Below, piece after piece: positions 63,212-64,000 of a DNA stretch of 64,000 nucleotides (the first letter of the stretch is position 1; each line of letters starts with the position of its first letter). The DNA is from Opitutales bacterium (GTDB lineage Bacteria > Verrucomicrobiota > Verrucomicrobiia > Opitutales > PNEW01). Location of the stretch: assembly GCA_965197745.1 (NCBI GenBank), contig CBDANS010000006.1, forward strand, positions 608,001 through 672,000, in the 5' to 3' direction. The notes under the pieces were generated by a model, which was given only the letters and a program-made list of their open reading frames with translations, was not told where the DNA came from and did no database searches. Both the position numbers and the translations under genes were made by a program.

Positions 63212-64000
63212 TGACCTGTCCCCGTAAAACTGGACCAGGAAAGATTTAGTCTGGCGTGGGTGGAAAACCTAATAAAAATAGGAGAAAGAACCATCCATGA
63301 AAAGCAAAGGTTCACGAGGCGCAGCCGAGAAGGCCTGACAAACGATATAATAAAGAACAAATCATCTATGCCCTAAGGCAGGTTGAAGGTGGTCGAAGGA
63401 TCGCTGAAGTGTGCCGGGAGTTAGGCGTGAGCGAACAGACCTACCACCGTTGGAAGGGTAAATACGCGGGCATGGGAATAAGTGAATTAAGACGGCTGAA
63501 GCAACTTGACGAAGAGAACAGCAGTTTGAAGAAACTGGTAGCTGATCTGAGCCTGGACAAGCACATGCTGCAGGAAGTAATCGCAAAAAAGTTATAAAGC
63601 CAGTGGGCAAGAAGGCGATTGTTGAGTGGTTAGTGGAAGCTTATGCAGTGAGCAAACGCCGGGCGTGCAGGCTGATGCAGTTGTATTGGTCGAGTTATAA
63701 CTATCAGCCGGTGATGAGGGACGAACGCGCGCTGATTGTGCGCATACGAGACCTCGCCGCCGCGCGTGTGCGCTACGGGTATAGGCGAATCACGGTGTTA
63801 TTAAAGCGGGAGGGCTGGTTAAAGCGGGAGGGCTGGTCGGTAGGAAAGAAACGCGTCTATCGGATCTACAAGGCTGAAGGGCTGGAAGTGCGCACGAAGA
63901 AACGTAAGAAGCGTGCCGCGCAAAGGCGGGTCTCACTGCCCGCGGCTTCAGCTGCCCAGGAACGCTGGTCGATGGACTTTATGAGCGATCGGCTGGTCAA
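63212..64000 (+). mobile_element. IS3-family element, subfamily C (partial; orfA carries a 34-nt insertion)
   Basis: Left end TGACCTGTCCCCGTAAAACTGGACCA; orfA ..CRELGVSEQTY..; slippery AAAAAAG at 63585; orfB RYGYRRI, WSMDF. Confidence 0.9.

Overview
Bacterial accessory region. The C-terminal domain shared by two large secreted proteins, plus attC-like remnants, suggests Verrucomicrobia/Opitutales (inference only). Bases 1-31,900 hold a dense, almost entirely minus-strand array of about 30 short, unrelated small-molecule-modifying genes: GNATs, SAM methyltransferases, APH-type kinases, AAC(3), HIT, GrpB, VOC, HAD and PhyH. Several junctions look like eroded integron attC sites, and no integrase is present. 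One opposite-strand TPR gene and an IS3/TPR-fragment/IS4 block interrupt the array. Bases 31,900-46,300 hold secreted modular proteins, Sel1 proteins, a PilT-like protein with degenerate catalytic motifs, REP-like hairpin clusters and a cargo-carrying IS1595. Bases 47,700-64,000 are a graveyard of IS3-family copies and fragments from three subfamilies, surrounding truncated genes and a small terminase/resolvase module. The most unusual signal is a family of 16-43 nt micro-insertions, T(A/T)CCGAG-[mini-hairpin]-CGAC, with at least 9 copies. Five sit in Glu codons beside the DDE motifs of IS3 transposases, including an identical 32-mer at the homologous site of two divergent IS subfamilies; empty alleles exist elsewhere in the window. 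Four more sit inside palindromic or heptamer repeats at 46.3-46.5 kb. Many genes carry 1-2 bp frameshifts or in-frame stops; some may be sequencing errors. All product calls come from motif recognition by eye, with no database search.
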